64,000 bases of DNA from the human T2T-CHM13v2.0 reference genome, Homo sapiens, in the NCBI RefSeq assembly GCF_009914755.1, contig NC_060930.1, one strand, 5' to 3'. The notes under the pieces were generated by a model that was not told where the DNA came from, did not search any database, and was given only the letters and a program-made list of their open reading frames with translations. This document shows, one piece after another, positions 37,772 to 56,635 of the stretch. A program made the position numbers and the translations under genes. Every line of letters begins with the position of its first letter. The stretch's first letter is position 1.

Positions 37772-39390
37772 TCCTAGAGCTGGGCTGGGTTCTTGAGTAT
37801 TTCATAACAACCCAGCTGCCCCATCAAGATGCATTCCTATAAAAAACAATTCTTATGTAAATTCATTTCAGAGAGGGTGTAGCGAACCTTTTGATTCAGG
37901 ATTGAGATAGTCTTTTGATTCTGTAAGTACTTTAAGGCTTGGCTGAGTGCAAACAGCTCACATGTTTGAGGAGACCAATTATTAGGCAATTTTTCTCACT
38001 CTGCTTCCACACCAGTCTCTGTATCAATTACTGAATACCCATTGTGGTTTTCTCCTCAATCGCCTGGGAGGAACCATCTATCCTCCGGTCCTGAAGGGAG
38101 TTCCTCCTAGGTCTGGTCGGACCTTTGTATGGTAATTAAGATTTAAATCCCCTGTTAGGAAATCTGCTGGGTTAAGGGAATTATCAGTGGTTGGAGTTAC
38201 ATTACCCTTTTCTAACACAATAGCCCCATACTTTAAGATTTTTGATTTAGTAAGCTACCTTTTTGCTTTTTTTTTTTTTTTGACTTAGAATAGTTTAACT
38301 GGTGAGGTGTGCTGTCAACGAAGTTTCCTCAAAAAGTTCCTTTTCTACTTTTAGCAAAGCAATTGCCGCTACCGACCGAATGCATTTGGCCCATCCGCGG
38401 GTTACTGGGTTAAGGATTTTTGATAGGAAAGCTACAGGTTGTCAGTGGCCTCAGTGCTTTTGGGCTACGCCCTTATTTACATTGACAACAAAGTGGCATT
38501 GAAGTGTTATAGGGTCACGGAGAAGACCTTCAATTATCAATTACAGGTTTTAAATTTACCCTGGCTTTTAAAGGAATAGGGCACACTTTTTTTTTAAAAC
38601 TATTTCTATCTTTTTCTTTCTTTCTGTCTTTGACTCTGTCTTTGTCCCTCTCTCCATCTCTCTCTCTCCGTCTCTCTCTCTCGCTCTCTCAGTCTCTCTC
38701 TCTTAGCCATTACAAACTTGGGGCCCTGGCAAGGGTGGTGGGGAACGGGTCCCACATAACTGCCCATAACTGCCCATGTCAAGAGCTGTATACCTAAATC
38801 GGGAGGGACACCAGGGATAAGACTGCCTGGGTTATAGTCTAGCTGCCTAAGGACGCAGCGTAGAGCTTCCTTAGATCCCCTTGGAGATACGACTTGCTAG
38901 AGGAAATGAAAGTCTGAACCATTAGTACCTAGGAGGCAGGGATCAGAGGAAGTAGATTCAGAGGTAAGGAGAATTTTGGGGCTACACTTTCAAGAAAGTC
39001 GTGGTCGGGACCCAGGAGGTATGGGTCAGAAGGAAAGGTGGGGCGCATGCACAGGCGACTGCTGAGTAGAGACTTCTGGCTGTGCCATGATCTCAACCGG
39101 CTACTGCCGGGAGTTCAGGACAACAGCTTTCTGTCTCTAGTCGGCCCTTGGCTTCCCCAAGAAAACTGAAAGTGGAAGCCGGCGCGAGGCAGACCAACGT
39201 CCCCAATAGAAGGGTTGGGGGTTGTTAGAAATCCCTTCCCCAGATAGCCTCACACCTGAGTCTTAAGTCCTGTGGCCATGCTAATCGTTTTTAACTGGCC
39301 GACAGGTGCCTGGTATTTTCCTCCAGTTCTAAGGAAGGATAGGACAGAATAGCAAGTGAAAGTGGTCCGATATTACTCACCGCTTTGGAG

Positions 39391-39408
39391 GTCCCTTCGT
39401 GGTCGCCA
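39391..39408 (-). other. Primer binding site TGGCGACCACGAAGGGAC (tRNA-Arg type)
   Basis: 18 nt lying 3 nt after the U5 end GGTAACA; complementary to the recalled 3' end of tRNA-Arg(TCG), GTCCCTTCGTGGTCGCCA. Confidence 0.8.
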
Positions 39409-39697
39409 AAATGTTACCGGGGGGTCCTTGCTCACAGAGCTCCCAAGATGGTGGTGGGCCACTTCCAAAATGGCGGCGGGCCACTTCCAAGATGGTGGCA
39501 AGCCCCGTGTTCTCTGACCTGGGGTTCTTGGCCTCACGGATTCCAAGGAATGGAATCTTGGGCCATGCGGTGAGTGTTATAGCTCTATTAGAAGTCGTGG
39601 GTCACGGAAGAGAACCATGGAACCCAGTGACTAGTGTTCAGCTCGATTAGGACGAACCCAGGCACTTAGCCATGCAGGAACAATGGCAAGCCTTTAG

Positions 39698-39880
<183 letters not shown>

Positions 39881-40808
39881 TAATAGAGTGAAATAGAGTG
39901 AAAACAGAGCTCCCATATAAGGAGGGGACCCAAAGGGGGTTGCCCAAAATATATAAAAATTTCTAACAATAAATTTTAAAATTCTGACCTAATAGAAAAA
40001 TTGGCAAAATGCTTGAACAAAAACTTCTCAAAAGCAAGTATTCAAAACGTCACAAATATATATGACCAAAAAAATTGTTCTGCCTTTTCAATCATCATTT
40101 AAATATAAATTGAAACCACAATGAGGTGCTACTGCATACTTAGAATAGCAGTTTAAAAATTACCAAGAATTGAAAAGTATGAGGAGCAACTGAAAATCTC
40201 ATACACTACTTCTGGGGATGTAAACTGGCAACAACATTTAGAAAAAGCTTCTTGGCATTGTTTCTAAAGCTGAACATATACATGCCCCTAGCACCCAGCA
40301 ATTCCACTCCTTAGTGCATAGCCAGCCAAAATTCATACATATTTAATCCAAAGGAAATGTACAAAAATATTTATGGCAACATTATTTATAATAGCTCCGA
40401 CTGGAAATAAACCCAATGCCCATTAATAGTAGAAAGAATAAGTAAGTGTTGGTATGGTTGTATAATGAAATACTACCTAGCAATAAAGATAAACAAACTG
40501 CTAAAAACAACATATATGAACCTCACAAATACAATGCTGAGATAAAGGAGATATAAGTATACGGGCCACTCACATAAAAAGTTCAAAAGTAGTCAAAACT
40601 AATCAGTGGTATAGACCTCAGGATAGCAATCATCTAAGTCTGGGAATTGGTAGCCCAGGTGGGGTGCACAGAGGAGGCTTCCAGGGGGCTTCCTTTCTCA
40701 TCTGTATGGTGGTGACACAGAGGGACTGATTCATAATAAATTAATCACACATACACTTATGATTGGTGTACTTTGTTTTATACAACCATATAAAAATTAT
40801 CTAAAATC

Positions 40809-41223
<415 letters not shown>

Positions 41224-41416
41224 TTAATTTACAATTAATTTAAAGATTACTATTTTCTTTTCTGTGTTGTTCTCAGTTTTCAATTTTTCATGTTTGACCA
41301 AGAATCACGTTTCCATTTTAAAAGGGAAATTTAAAGTATTTTAAATAGAGTAAGACCTCTGCAGGCTGACCCATCAGGTAGCCGGACCAGGAAGATAGAT
41401 CATAGTTAACAGATGA

Positions 41417-41838
<422 letters not shown>

Positions 41839-42821
41839 TTAAACTCAGTGAGAAATGATCATATGTTGTATTTCATTACCCCTTTATAGTTTCAGCATGG
41901 TTTCTTGTCCATTTTCTCATTTTAACCTCACAGAATTGTATGAAAGAATTGCGGAAGGGGCTATCATTATCATTTCATAAATAAACACATGAGTACTAGA
42001 GACAGAAAGTAACATGCCAAAACCTAGAGCCTGGCAACTATTTGTGGAAAAATAACAGTGACCCAGAAATTCTTGTCCCAATTGGTTTACCTTTTATGAG
42101 AAATGGCAGTAGATACTTTTAAATATTCAAAGATACTCAAAATATACCCTACAAGTACTCATCTCAAACATTATTCAAAAACCAATTATAGACAAAAAAG
42201 TTGTAAATTTTTTACATTACTACCAGTAAATAATTTAAAATAATTTAAAAACAGGAAATAGAAACTAAGAACTTAGGCGTTAAAATGTAGGAACATAAAT
42301 GAATTTACAATGAGTTTTAAAACCAAATAAACTTATGAAATTAAATATAAATAACTAATAAATATTACCAAGTTGAATCTAGAAAATAAAAACAATTCTA
42401 AAAAATCTTGTACTCTGAAATATATAATAGTCTGAATCCATAACTATTAACATAGTCAATATTGGCATGTGTTTGACATATCAGGAAGTCAAAAATTTTT
42501 TTTTATTCCTAAACTTTGAAAATTAAAGATATGCTTACGGTATTTTTTTAACTTTTAAAAAACCATCAGCAGAATTTGAAACAAAATAACCCCCTTATAT
42601 TCTCTACAGAGTAAAAGATATGCAAATGCAAGAAGCACACATAAACGTAAAACAAGATGATTGGAATGAGAACTAGTAGCTCATTTAGATCAATGTAAAT
42701 GACTTAAACTTTTAATTAATAACAAAAACTCTAAGATCGGATTGGAAAATAAATTCTAGCCAGAAGATTCTTACAAAAGACACTCAAAAGTGATGCTGAA
42801 ACTTTAAAATTGAAAAATGAA

Positions 42822-43230
42822 TAATATAGTTGGATATTTGTCCCTGCTCAAATCTCATGTTGAAATGAAATCCCCAGTGTTAGAGGTGAGCTTGGTAGGA
42901 GGAGTTTGGATCATGGGGGTAGATCCCTTTTGGCTTGACGCTGTCCTTGAAATAGTGAGTTCTCGTAAGAGCTGGTTGTTGTCAAGTGTGGCACCTTCAC
43001 CCAACCCCTTCCCGCTCTCTCTCTTGCTCCTGCTTTTGCCGTGTGAAGTGCCTGCCCCTCCTTGGCCTTCCACCATGAGTAAAAGCTCCCTGAAGCCCCC
43101 CTAAAAGCTGAGCAGATGCTAGCACCATTCTTCCTGTAAAGCCTGTAGAAGCATAAGTCAATTAAACCTCTTTTCTTTATAAATTACCCAATCTCAGATA
43201 TTTATAGCAATGCAAGAATGGCCTAACACA
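42822..43230 (+). mobile_element. MST-family ERVL-MaLR solo LTR inserted in an old L1M
   Basis: Starts atatagttggatatttgtccctgctcaaatctcatgttg and ends gaatggcctaacaca; imperfect 5-bp TSD atgaa/atgag. Confidence 0.85.
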
Positions 43231-44272
43231 ATGAGTTTACATCAAAGACAAAGAAAAAGCAAAGGCAGAAATATTAATATCAGACAAAGATGATTCAAGC
43301 CACAGACATTGACTATGGTAAAAGAGAAATATTTTATAATGAAGCATCCCCATACTGAATATATAGCAACTAAGAAATATATAAAATGGGCAAATAAATG
43401 TATACAATAAAACCTTTTGCAAAAGAACAATGTCAGAGGCAATTATAGTAGAAGCCGTAATACAGTATTCTCAATCTCTGACAGGCTAAGTAGACATAAA
43501 TAAGGACATGAAGCTTTAAATAATTTAAATTCCAGCCCTGAATTAACAGATATATAGTATTTGTTCTCTACAGGTAATATACTTTCTTTCTTAAATTTTA
43601 TTTTTAATTGAAAAATAATAATCGTATATATTATATATTTATGGGATACAGGGTGTGTTTTGATCCATATTTACACTATGGAATGATTAAACCAAGCTAA
43701 TTAACAAATACATTGCCTCATGTACTTATTGTTTTATGATGAAAACATTTAAAATCTACTCTTCATAATTTTGAAATATACAATGCATTATTATTTAATA
43801 CTTTATTTTTAATTGTCTGTTCTTCATTTCCAAAAAGTGACTACAACTTTTGAATTCAAAAAGCAGACATTGTGTGACCCACATGCTCAGAAAGTCAGAC
43901 AGGGCACTACGTCTACAGCCAGTAACAAAGGCTTAAGACAAAAATCTCAAACAACCTGAACATTTTTTAAAAACTCTGTCTTAAATAACTATCGGGTAAA
44001 TGAAGACATCAAAATTAAAATCACAGATTCTTTTTAAAATAACAAAATTAGGAACATCACCTTTTAGAATGTGAAAAGTGGGGACAAGAGCTGTACTTCA
44101 TATTTTAGAAGTTAAAGGAATTTTTCTCTCTTTTATCCCTTTTTTTAAAATCTGGGTCTTTCTGATTAAGTTCTCTTAGCTGGTGAGATTTAAATATAGT
44201 CATCTAATTGTCTCTAATAAAAGTTGGAAAACGAGACTACATTCTCTTGGCGTATCTGCCCCAGCAACTGAC

Positions 44273-44445
44273 CTTAGAAGCAATTGAATTTCTGCAGCTG
44301 AGCTGTAAAGCAGGCACTGGAGTTGACGCATCACTGAGTTTATGTCCAGTGACTGGAAATGCCATCCATAATAACAACACCTCTGCTCAAAGTCATCCTC
44401 AGCTAAGTTTCTTAGCTGTCTGAAATATTTGCGATCTATATCTGC
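44273..44445 (-). pseudogene. 173-bp open exon of the fossil gene
   Basis: cctttctacaaag|GCA GAT...CTA AG|gtcagt; ADIDRKYFRQLRNLAEDDFEQRCCYYGWHFQSLDINSVMRQLQCLLYSSAAEIQLLL; phase 0 to 2; in frame with the 44564-44723 exon. Confidence 0.6.
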
Positions 44446-44563
44446 CTTTGTAGAAAGGATGCTGTTAGAAGACATTGTCAGGGTAATATAATAGCAGGTT
44501 GGACAGGAGAAGGGGAGCATTGTCTAGCTGAGGCAAATTTCATACTTCTGGTACCAGCTTAAC

Positions 44564-44723
44564 CTGAGTAACAGGGCTGCTGAGGGCCTGCAGGGCCCCA
44601 CTCTGGCTGGACAGTGATAATATGTATGGGGCAGAGGGGAACGGCAGCGCATCAGGCTGGATGACTCTGATAACTGGGAAGTCAGCTGTGGCTTTTGGCC
44701 ACCTGTTGACAAACACAACAGTC
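44564..44723 (-). pseudogene. 160-bp open exon of the fossil gene
   Basis: tgaatttcattacag|G ACT...ACT CAG|gttaag; TVVFVNRWPKATADFPVIRVIQPDALPFPSAPYILSLSSQSGALQALSSPVTQ; phase 2 to 0; 118-bp intron follows. Confidence 0.6.
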
Positions 44724-45588
44724 CTGTAATGAAATTCAGTAAATACAATGATAAGCAAGTTTCATCTGCACCATTTCAAAAGAAGAGTTTTAAAATCTGA
44801 ATCTGGGACTTTTTACACTCCACTGAAGGCAATAATGTCAGTATCAGACAGAGCCAAATTTTCTCTGTACAATTTGGAATGAGAAAATGGTTCTGCTTCC
44901 GGAATACAGTGTCTAATATCTATATGCTTGCTTAAAGTCTATGAAATGCAGGCCGCCTAGTCCCATTTCCATAGAGATCACAATAGGCAGGACCCTGAAT
45001 CCAAAAAGCTCCCAGCAATCTAGCATGGGTTGTCTTCAAGGGACAGCACAACACTATTGCCTGGACTGGGATGAGGCTTTGGTGTGCCTGAGAGATTTGC
45101 GAAGTAGAGAAGTGTCTGAGCACATGCCTTAAAACATGACTTGCCTCAGAAACACTGGGTCCAAAGACAGAAACAAAAGTAGGGTGGTGGCCAAAATGCC
45201 TTTGGATATTTAACAGAGACAGATGGTACGTACAGTGATTTTAAAACTACAGTTTGCAAAGTGCCTCCAAATATTAAAATGTGGATACAAATCAGTGTCC
45301 CTTCATTGGGGAAAGAAGAGAGGCTGTTTTTGCAGAACCTCTAGTTTGCTGTCCAAACATTTAACCTAGATTCTACCATTTAAAACTGGTACTACTTGAA
45401 AGTAAAACCAAATGTGACTCTTCCGTCTGATACTCTTGCCTCTCAGCAAACTCTCTCCTATTTATTAATTAAATATATTATTTGTCATTGGTAAATAGTG
45501 TGACATTGTGCCTTGGCTCTTCCTACCCTTTTCTGCTTTGATTTTTATAGTTCCTATGAATGTTGAATTGTATTGCTCCCTTTTCTAC

Positions 45589-45827
45589 CCTGGAGATAAG
45601 TACTCTGAGCCATCCACATTGTTTTGCTAAGCCCATTGAGGGTTAAAGCTCCAATTTTTTAGGTGATTGTCCAGAGGCAGGGGTTGAGTTTGACCTTGAA
45701 GTGGTTTTTCTCCCAAGTCAAGTCAATTGGCTAATGCAGGAACTAAATGAAGGCTGTGAAGCCATGGATTTCCATAGTTGTCTTCTGGTTTGTGATTCTT
45801 CCCATTGCTTTTCCATTATGCTGGAAT
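45589..45827 (-). pseudogene. Candidate degraded exon of the fossil gene
   Basis: tattttctataag|ATT; phase-0 reading IPA*WKSNGKNHKPEDNYGNPWLHSLHLVPALAN*LDLGEKPLQGQTQPLPLDNHLKNWSFNPQWA* with three stops; donor at 45604 or 45589. Confidence 0.4.
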
Positions 45828-46159
45828 CTTATAGAAAATAGTTTATGGCTCATTAAAATAAAAACTGTAAAATTATATTGCAAGATAAAATAACTATTGC
45901 TGAATTAAAATTTTCATGTATCTTCACATAGTCTCATGGCATTAAGAGAAAATGCATTTATGTCATGAAAAAGGATGGCATTCTTAGAGATGGTCACACT
46001 ATCTAGCTAGAGCCATATTGACCTCTATAACTTGTGTGTGAAAAGTGCTGAGCTTGTGTCCAAAACTGACTTTATTTTTATCTTGTGCCGTTGCTTCAAA
46101 TTTGCTCTGTAGGAAGTTTTCCTCTTCTTTTTCTTTGATGACAACTGGGGCAAGCTCCA

Positions 46160-49100
46160 TAATTTTTTTTTAAGTATAATTTACATATGGTAAGGAAATC
46201 CATTGTAAATGCACAATTCAATGATGGTAGTAAGTATCTAGTGAGTTGCACAACCATCATAACAACCCAGTTTTAGAACATTTCCACGACTCCCCGACCA
46301 AAATTGCTTCAAGCCCATTTACAATGAATCCCTGCTCCCTCCCCAGACCCAGGAACCACTGATCTACTTTCTGTCTCTATAAATTTACCTTTTGTGGTCA
46401 CTTCATATAAGCAGAATCATACAATTTGTCGTCTTTGTGTCTGGCTTGTTTCACTTACCACAATGCTTTTGAGATTCATCCATATTGTAGCATGTATCTG
46501 TGTTTCATTTCTTTTTATTGCTGAATGGCATTCCATTCTATAAGTATGCCATGGTTTTGTTCACCCATTTGCCAATCAATGTGCATTTAGGTTGTTGCCA
46601 TTTTTGGCTGTTATGAATAATGATGCTGTGAATTTTCACCTACATATCTTTGTGTGGACGTATATTTTCATTATCAGTTGACCTTAGTCAATTGATGGGT
46701 TAGTTTTTGGACTCTCAGTTCTGTTTCATTGTTCTATTTATGTATCCTTACATCAATACTAAACTTTCATGATTACTACAGCTTTATATTAAGTTTTGAA
46801 ATTGGATAAGTCATCCAAGTTTGTTCTGTTCTAAAATTGTTTTGTTTTATGTAGATCATTTTCATTTCCATATAAATTATTGGATCATCTGCCACTCAGA
46901 GTAAAACCAGAGAAGCAGAACCAGTAGGAAAGATATATATTAAGAAATTTATTATGAGAAATTGGCCTATGCAATGGTAGGGGCTTTTTAAGTAAGACTA
47001 AAACCCACAGGCAGGCAGTCCAGAAGGTCAGGCTAGAACTGTTGGGCATGAGCTAATGCTACTGTCCAAAGTAAAATTTTCTTCTTTTTTTTTAGGGATG
47101 CCTCAGACCCAGTTTTAAAGTCTTCTAGCTGACTGAATCAAGCCCATCAAGATTATCCACCATCATTTCTCTTAAAGTTAAATATTCATTAATATTATGC
47201 ACACCTGCAAATTTCCTTCACAGCAACACCTAAAATTAGTGTTTGATTGAATAGCTGGGGACTGTAGGCTAGCAAAGTTGACACATTAAACCAACAAACA
47301 AAATTACAATCAGGTTGTCAATTTCTATAATGAAAGCCTGCTGGTATTTTGAAAGGGAATGTGTTGGTTCTGTATATCAATATGAAGACAACTTCCACCT
47401 TAACAATGAGTCTTTCAAACCAAAACATAAAATGTCTCTCCATCTCTTTTTTAATTTATCTCAGCAATATTTTGTAGCTTTCACTGTGGGAAGATTTTTA
47501 ATTACTAACTCAATTTCTTGACTTATCATAGGTCAATTAGATTTTCTGGTTCTTGAATCAGTTTTGGTAATTTGTATCTTTCTAGGAACTTTTCCGTTTC
47601 ATTAAGTTGTCTAATTTATTGGCATAAAATAGTTAATGATATTCTCCCTTAATCATTTTAATTTCTATAGTACCAGTAATTCTGTCCCCTCTCTTATTCC
47701 TTATTTTGGTAATTTGAGTCTTTCTTCTTATTTTCTCTGTCATTCAAGGTAAGGGCTTATCAATTTTCTCTATCTTTTGAAAGAATGAACTTTTGCTTTC
47801 ATTGGTTGTCTTTATTATTTTTGTTCAGTTTTGTTTTGTATTTCAATAATTTTCAGTCATTATCTGCTTCCTTATACTTGCTGTTAATTTACTTTGTTCT
47901 TTTTCTAGTTTTTTAAGGTAGAAGCTTAGATTATTGACTTTTGATAGCTTTATTCTTTTCTGATAGGTTTTTAAAGTTACAAATTTTCTGCTTAGTACTA
48001 CCTAGATTTTTCCATATACTTTTATATATTGTGTTTTTGTTTCATCCAATTCAAAATATTTTTTTACTCTCCCTTTTGATTTATTCTTTGACCCATAGGT
48101 TGTTCAGAAGTGTGTTAATTTCTACATATATTGGGTTTTTACCAGATGTCTTTGTATGGTGAATCTCCAATTTAATTCTTTCCTAGATTAGCATATTGTA
48201 TAACCTAGAGAATGTTGTATGTGCACTTGAAAAAAACTGTATTTTAATTCTTTGGATCAAGTGTTCTATAAATATCATTTAGAGCATGTGGGTTGATAGT
48301 CTTGCGGAAGTCTCACATACCCTTGTTGTTTTTTTGTCCAATTGTTCTATCATTTATTGAAAGTGGGCCATTGAGATCTCTAACTATTATTGTTAAACTG
48401 CCTATTTATCCTTTCAAGTCTGTCAATATTTGCTTCATGTATTTTGAGGCTCAGTTATAAAATACATATACATTTTAAATTGTTGTATCCCCTTACTGTA
48501 TTGATCCTTTTATAATTATGAAATATTTTTAGTAATATTTCTTATCTTAAAGTTTGTTTGATATTATTGTAACCACTCCAGCTCTTTCATAGTTACTTCA
48601 ATATGTCTTTTCCATCCTTTTACCTCCAAACCATTTCTGTCTTTGCATCAAAGGCATGTCTCTCATAAACAACAATTATTGAGTCTTGTTTTCTTTGGTT
48701 CAGACAGACAATCTCTGCCTTTTGAGTAGGGTGTTTATTCCATCCACATTTGTGTAATTATTAATATCACTGTATTAGACAGACAACTTCGCTATCTGGT
48801 TTCTATTTGTCTTATGTTGGTTTTGTCCCTCTGCTCTTCCTTTGCTACTGTATTTTGTGCTAAGTAAATATTTAAATGTCTAATCCAAAAGGAAAATCTT
48901 CTAAGCCTAGAGCTAGATGAAGAGTGTTAAACATGAAGCCAAAAACATAGCTTATAAGAAAGAAATTAATAAATTGGACTTCCTCAAAATTAAAATTTTT
49001 TTGTTCTATGAAATACCTTTTATCAGAGGGTGAAAACACATGTTACAGACTGGAAGAAAATATTTACAAACTACACATTTAACAAATAATTTGTATTTGA

Positions 49101-50170
49101 AATATATAAAGATATTTCAAAACTCAACAATAAAAAAACAAAAACTTTAATTAGAGGATGAGCTAAAGACATGAACAGATATTTCACCAAAAAGAAGATG
49201 CACAAATAAACACAAAAAAAATGTTTACCATCATTATCCATGAGAGAAATGCAAAGTAAAACTACAGCAATATAACACCTGTGCACCTATTAGAAGAACT
49301 GAACTAAAAAAATCGTGATTATACAATATGCTGACAAGGATGCAGAGAAACTAGATCCCTTATACATTGCTGATGAAACTACAAAATAGTACAGCCACTC
49401 TGGAAATCTTGCTATTTTCTTATAAGACTAAATACTAATGCACTTTTCATACCACCCAGCAACTCTCAGGTGTTTTGTTTCTTCAGAGAAACAAAAACCT
49501 ATGTTCATACTAAGACTCATACAAGAATGTTTACAGTAGCTTTATTTATAATAGCCCCAAACTGGAAATAACTCAAATGTCTTTCAACAAGTGAATGGTT
49601 AAACAAAGTCTGGAAAAACCACACAATGGAATACTACCCAGCAATAAAAAAGAACAAACTACTGATATAGCCAACCATTTGGATGGATAAGTGTATTTTA
49701 CTTAGTGAAAAAAAAGGCAATTCATAAAGCAACACACTGCAATATATGATTCCACTTATATGTCATAATGAAATGATACAACTATAAATATGGAGAACAG
49801 ATTAGTGATTTTTGGAAGACAAGGATGAGGTCAGGATCAGATGTGATTATAAGCACACAGGAGTTCTTTGCAGTGTTAGAATAGTTTTGTATTTGATTGT
49901 GGTAGGATTACACAAATTTATACTTGATATCAAATTGCATAGAACTAAACACCACACACACAAGTGCACACAAAAACCAGTGAAAAACTGAATAAGGTCT
50001 GTAGTCTAGTTAAAACTATTTTACCAATGCCAATTTCCTAGTTTCTCATATGTATTATACTATAGTTACAAAAGATGTCACAATTTAGGGACGCTGCTTG
50101 AAGGATACAAGAGAATCTATGTATTTTTTGCACCTTTCTGTGTCTATAATTGAAAATAAAAAGTTAAAAA
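46160..50170. repeat. Old L1M fragments (minus about 46160-48880, plus about 48900-50170) with an MLT2-like LTR at about 46895-47300
   Basis: Degenerate L1 3'UTR/ORF2 phrases; MLT2-like accagagaagcagaaccagtagg...aagttgacacattaa. Confidence 0.6.
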
Positions 50171-51744
50171 CAAAACACACATTCACACACATACATTTAA
50201 AAGTGTCCAGTTCAATATATTAATCCATACTTCAATTTTCATCTAAAGATAATGCTCCTTCTTGGAGTTATTCCTCTTCTCCAGGCTTGCTAAACTTGAT
50301 CTCTTCCTCCATCGGCCTCAGTGATGAAGATGGAGGTTGGGGGAGAGTATGGAGGAAATAAGGGAAGAGAGAACAGAACAGTTCCTGTTTGATTGGCACT
50401 GCCTGAGGATGGTATCGTGTTCTTCAGGCCTGGCAGGTCTTCAAAGTCGACACTGTCTCATCAGCACTTCTATGGCTTCTGCAAAGACCCCCCGCTCTTT
50501 GTTCTTCAAACCACAGCCCTCTGACTAAAGGCAATGCCTCTTCATTGCTGGCCATCCTAGTCCCCTCTCTGCCTCTGCTCCTACTGATACACCCCACAGC
50601 TTGTGAAGGCCAACACTCTCACAAGAGATTGGGCAGAATCTCTGAAAGCAACCTGAGGCCATTGTGCTTTCCATACTCAGTAACTGGGATTCCTATACCT
50701 TTGATCTGCTGACAGAAGTGGGTGCACTCAACTTTATGGCTATAAGCCACTGGCACTTTCGCACATGTGAGTTGAGCATCCATTCTCTATGTATCTCCCT
50801 CCATCCCATTTTAGTAAGATCTTCTAGAATACTCATCCTTATGGAATTCTCATAATAACATCAAAAGGAAATACTACTACTACCTCAACAAAGATATATA
50901 TTGCATCTGATATCACTGCATTTGGTCTTAAAAATGAAGCCCCATGACTAGTAGAATAAATGTTAATTGCAACTTGTCTGATTCATTTCTCCTACCTAAT
51001 AGAGACACAGGACAGTATCTTAAATTTAGATTTAGTGAACCATTTTCATTCAGACTACAAAACATGCCACCCATCCTGAAACAAATTTCTGGACCACTAT
51101 AACACTGCAGTTTAGCAAACAATTAAACATACACACACAGAAATCAACCTTAACTAGACAAACTTCACACATAAGATGGATCTTTGCAGGGTCTGAAGAC
51201 TGTCATGGAACTCTGCAGCTTGAGCAAGACTCTGTAAAATGACACACTAATAAGCAAAAAAGAGAAAGAAAAGTTCGAGCAAATGATCCAGCAGAGCTGG
51301 AGGGAACTAACAGGCAGAATCCTAAATTGGATATGTCACATTTTGGCAATAACAGCCACTTGTGATTAGTATGAGACAAGGCACTAACAGGCTAAAGGGC
51401 CCACGAGAAACCTAAATAAGTGGAAAACAAATGAACCTCCAACAAAGAATGAAAATGAAGACAACTCAATCATTGCAGACTTCCTTGTCTTGTCAGCACC
51501 TTCACTCTTCCTTCAACTTCACACTGTGCAGTGTTTCTGTCCCCTGAATTTTCCTTCTCAAGGCCACCCCATCCCAACATTGGAGCCTGTGCTCTCAAGC
51601 CTGGATTATGATATTAGCTCCCTAACTTGCGTCTTTACCTTCCGTCTGCTCCCTCCAATTTCTCCTACATGAATCACCAAACAAAACTTCCTCAAAGGCC
51701 ATTTTCACCTCATCACTCCTGGGGTCAAGAATTTCCTGCTTCTT

Positions 51745-55647
<3,903 letters not shown>

Positions 55648-55869
55648 AATTTCCTGCTTCCACATTGACTACCTACCTCTCAAGAACTCTTTAACTCAAC
55701 TTTAGGAGTAAAAGCAGATTCTCTCTGTAAGAGTGTACCCTTACAGACTTGTAGAGAATACATAAAAACTCAAGCACATTTTAATGCTTTCTGGTATTTC
55801 TCAAGACTGAGCCAGGGAGAAAAGTGACATCTCTTGTCTGAGAGGGGGTTCAGGGTCTCCAATTCTCAC

Positions 55870-56092
55870 CACTCCAGGCAAGGTGCAGATCAGGCTGATG
55901 GCATAGAAGGGAATGGGCATGGTTCCCGCCAGCTGGGGTCCTCTCTTCTCCAGACTAAGAGGATGTGTGCTTTGGTGGTCAACTCCAGCAGATGCCACAG
56001 CAGCAGCACAAGTAGCTCGTGCGTGTTCTCCTGTCTCAAGATGTCCTCATAAATTGGCCATAAATCCCCTTCTTCTTATGGCTCCTGGATCT
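55870..56092 (-). pseudogene. Candidate 223-bp degraded exon of the fossil gene
   Basis: actctattcag|AG...GGA GTG|gtgaga; IQEP*EEGDLWPIYEDILRQENTHELLVLLLWHLLELTTKAHIL, then an apparent frameshift to SLEKRGPQLAGTMPIPFYAISLICTLPGV. Confidence 0.45.
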
Positions 56093-56165
56093 CTGAATAG
56101 AGTCACTAACCAATCATGAGTGGATAAGTGTTAACATTAATATATGACTAAAGCTAAATACCACC

Positions 56166-56635
56166 TGTAATGGGTTGAATCGTGTCCCTCAAATAGACAT
56201 GTACAAATCCTAACTCCCTGTACCTGAACATGTGACCGTATTTGGAAATAGGGTCTTTGTAGAGGTAATTAGATTAAGAATCACCAGATGAGAACATCCT
56301 GGATTTACAATGGGCCTCAAAGCCAATGACTGAAGTCTTTATAAGAAAAAGGAAAGGAAGATTTGAGGCACAAAGACACGCAGGGATAAAGGCCATGCCA
56401 CATGAAGATGGAGGCAGACATTGGAGTTCTGCAGTTATGAGCCACACAACAGCCCCCAGAAGCCAGAAAAGAAGTGTCATGGAAAGGGATCTCCCTCGGA
56501 GTCTCCAGAAGGAACCAACCCTGCCAACACCTTGATTTTGGACTTCTGGCCTCCAGAACTGTAAGAGAATCCATTTCTATTCTTTTAAGTCACCAAGTTC
56601 GTGGTAACCTATTTGGCAGCCCTAGGAACCTAATT
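56166..56635 (+). mobile_element. MLT1 (MLT1B/C-like) MaLR solo LTR
   Basis: tgtaatgggttgaatcgtgtccc...gtatttggaaatagggtctttg...ttctggcctccagaactgtaaga...ggcagccctaggaac. Confidence 0.85.

Noticed and set aside
44932-45123. Extra exon between the 45.6-kb and 44.7-kb candidates
   Set aside because: An acceptor-like site exists near 45087, but I found no donor that gives a phase-compatible open frame
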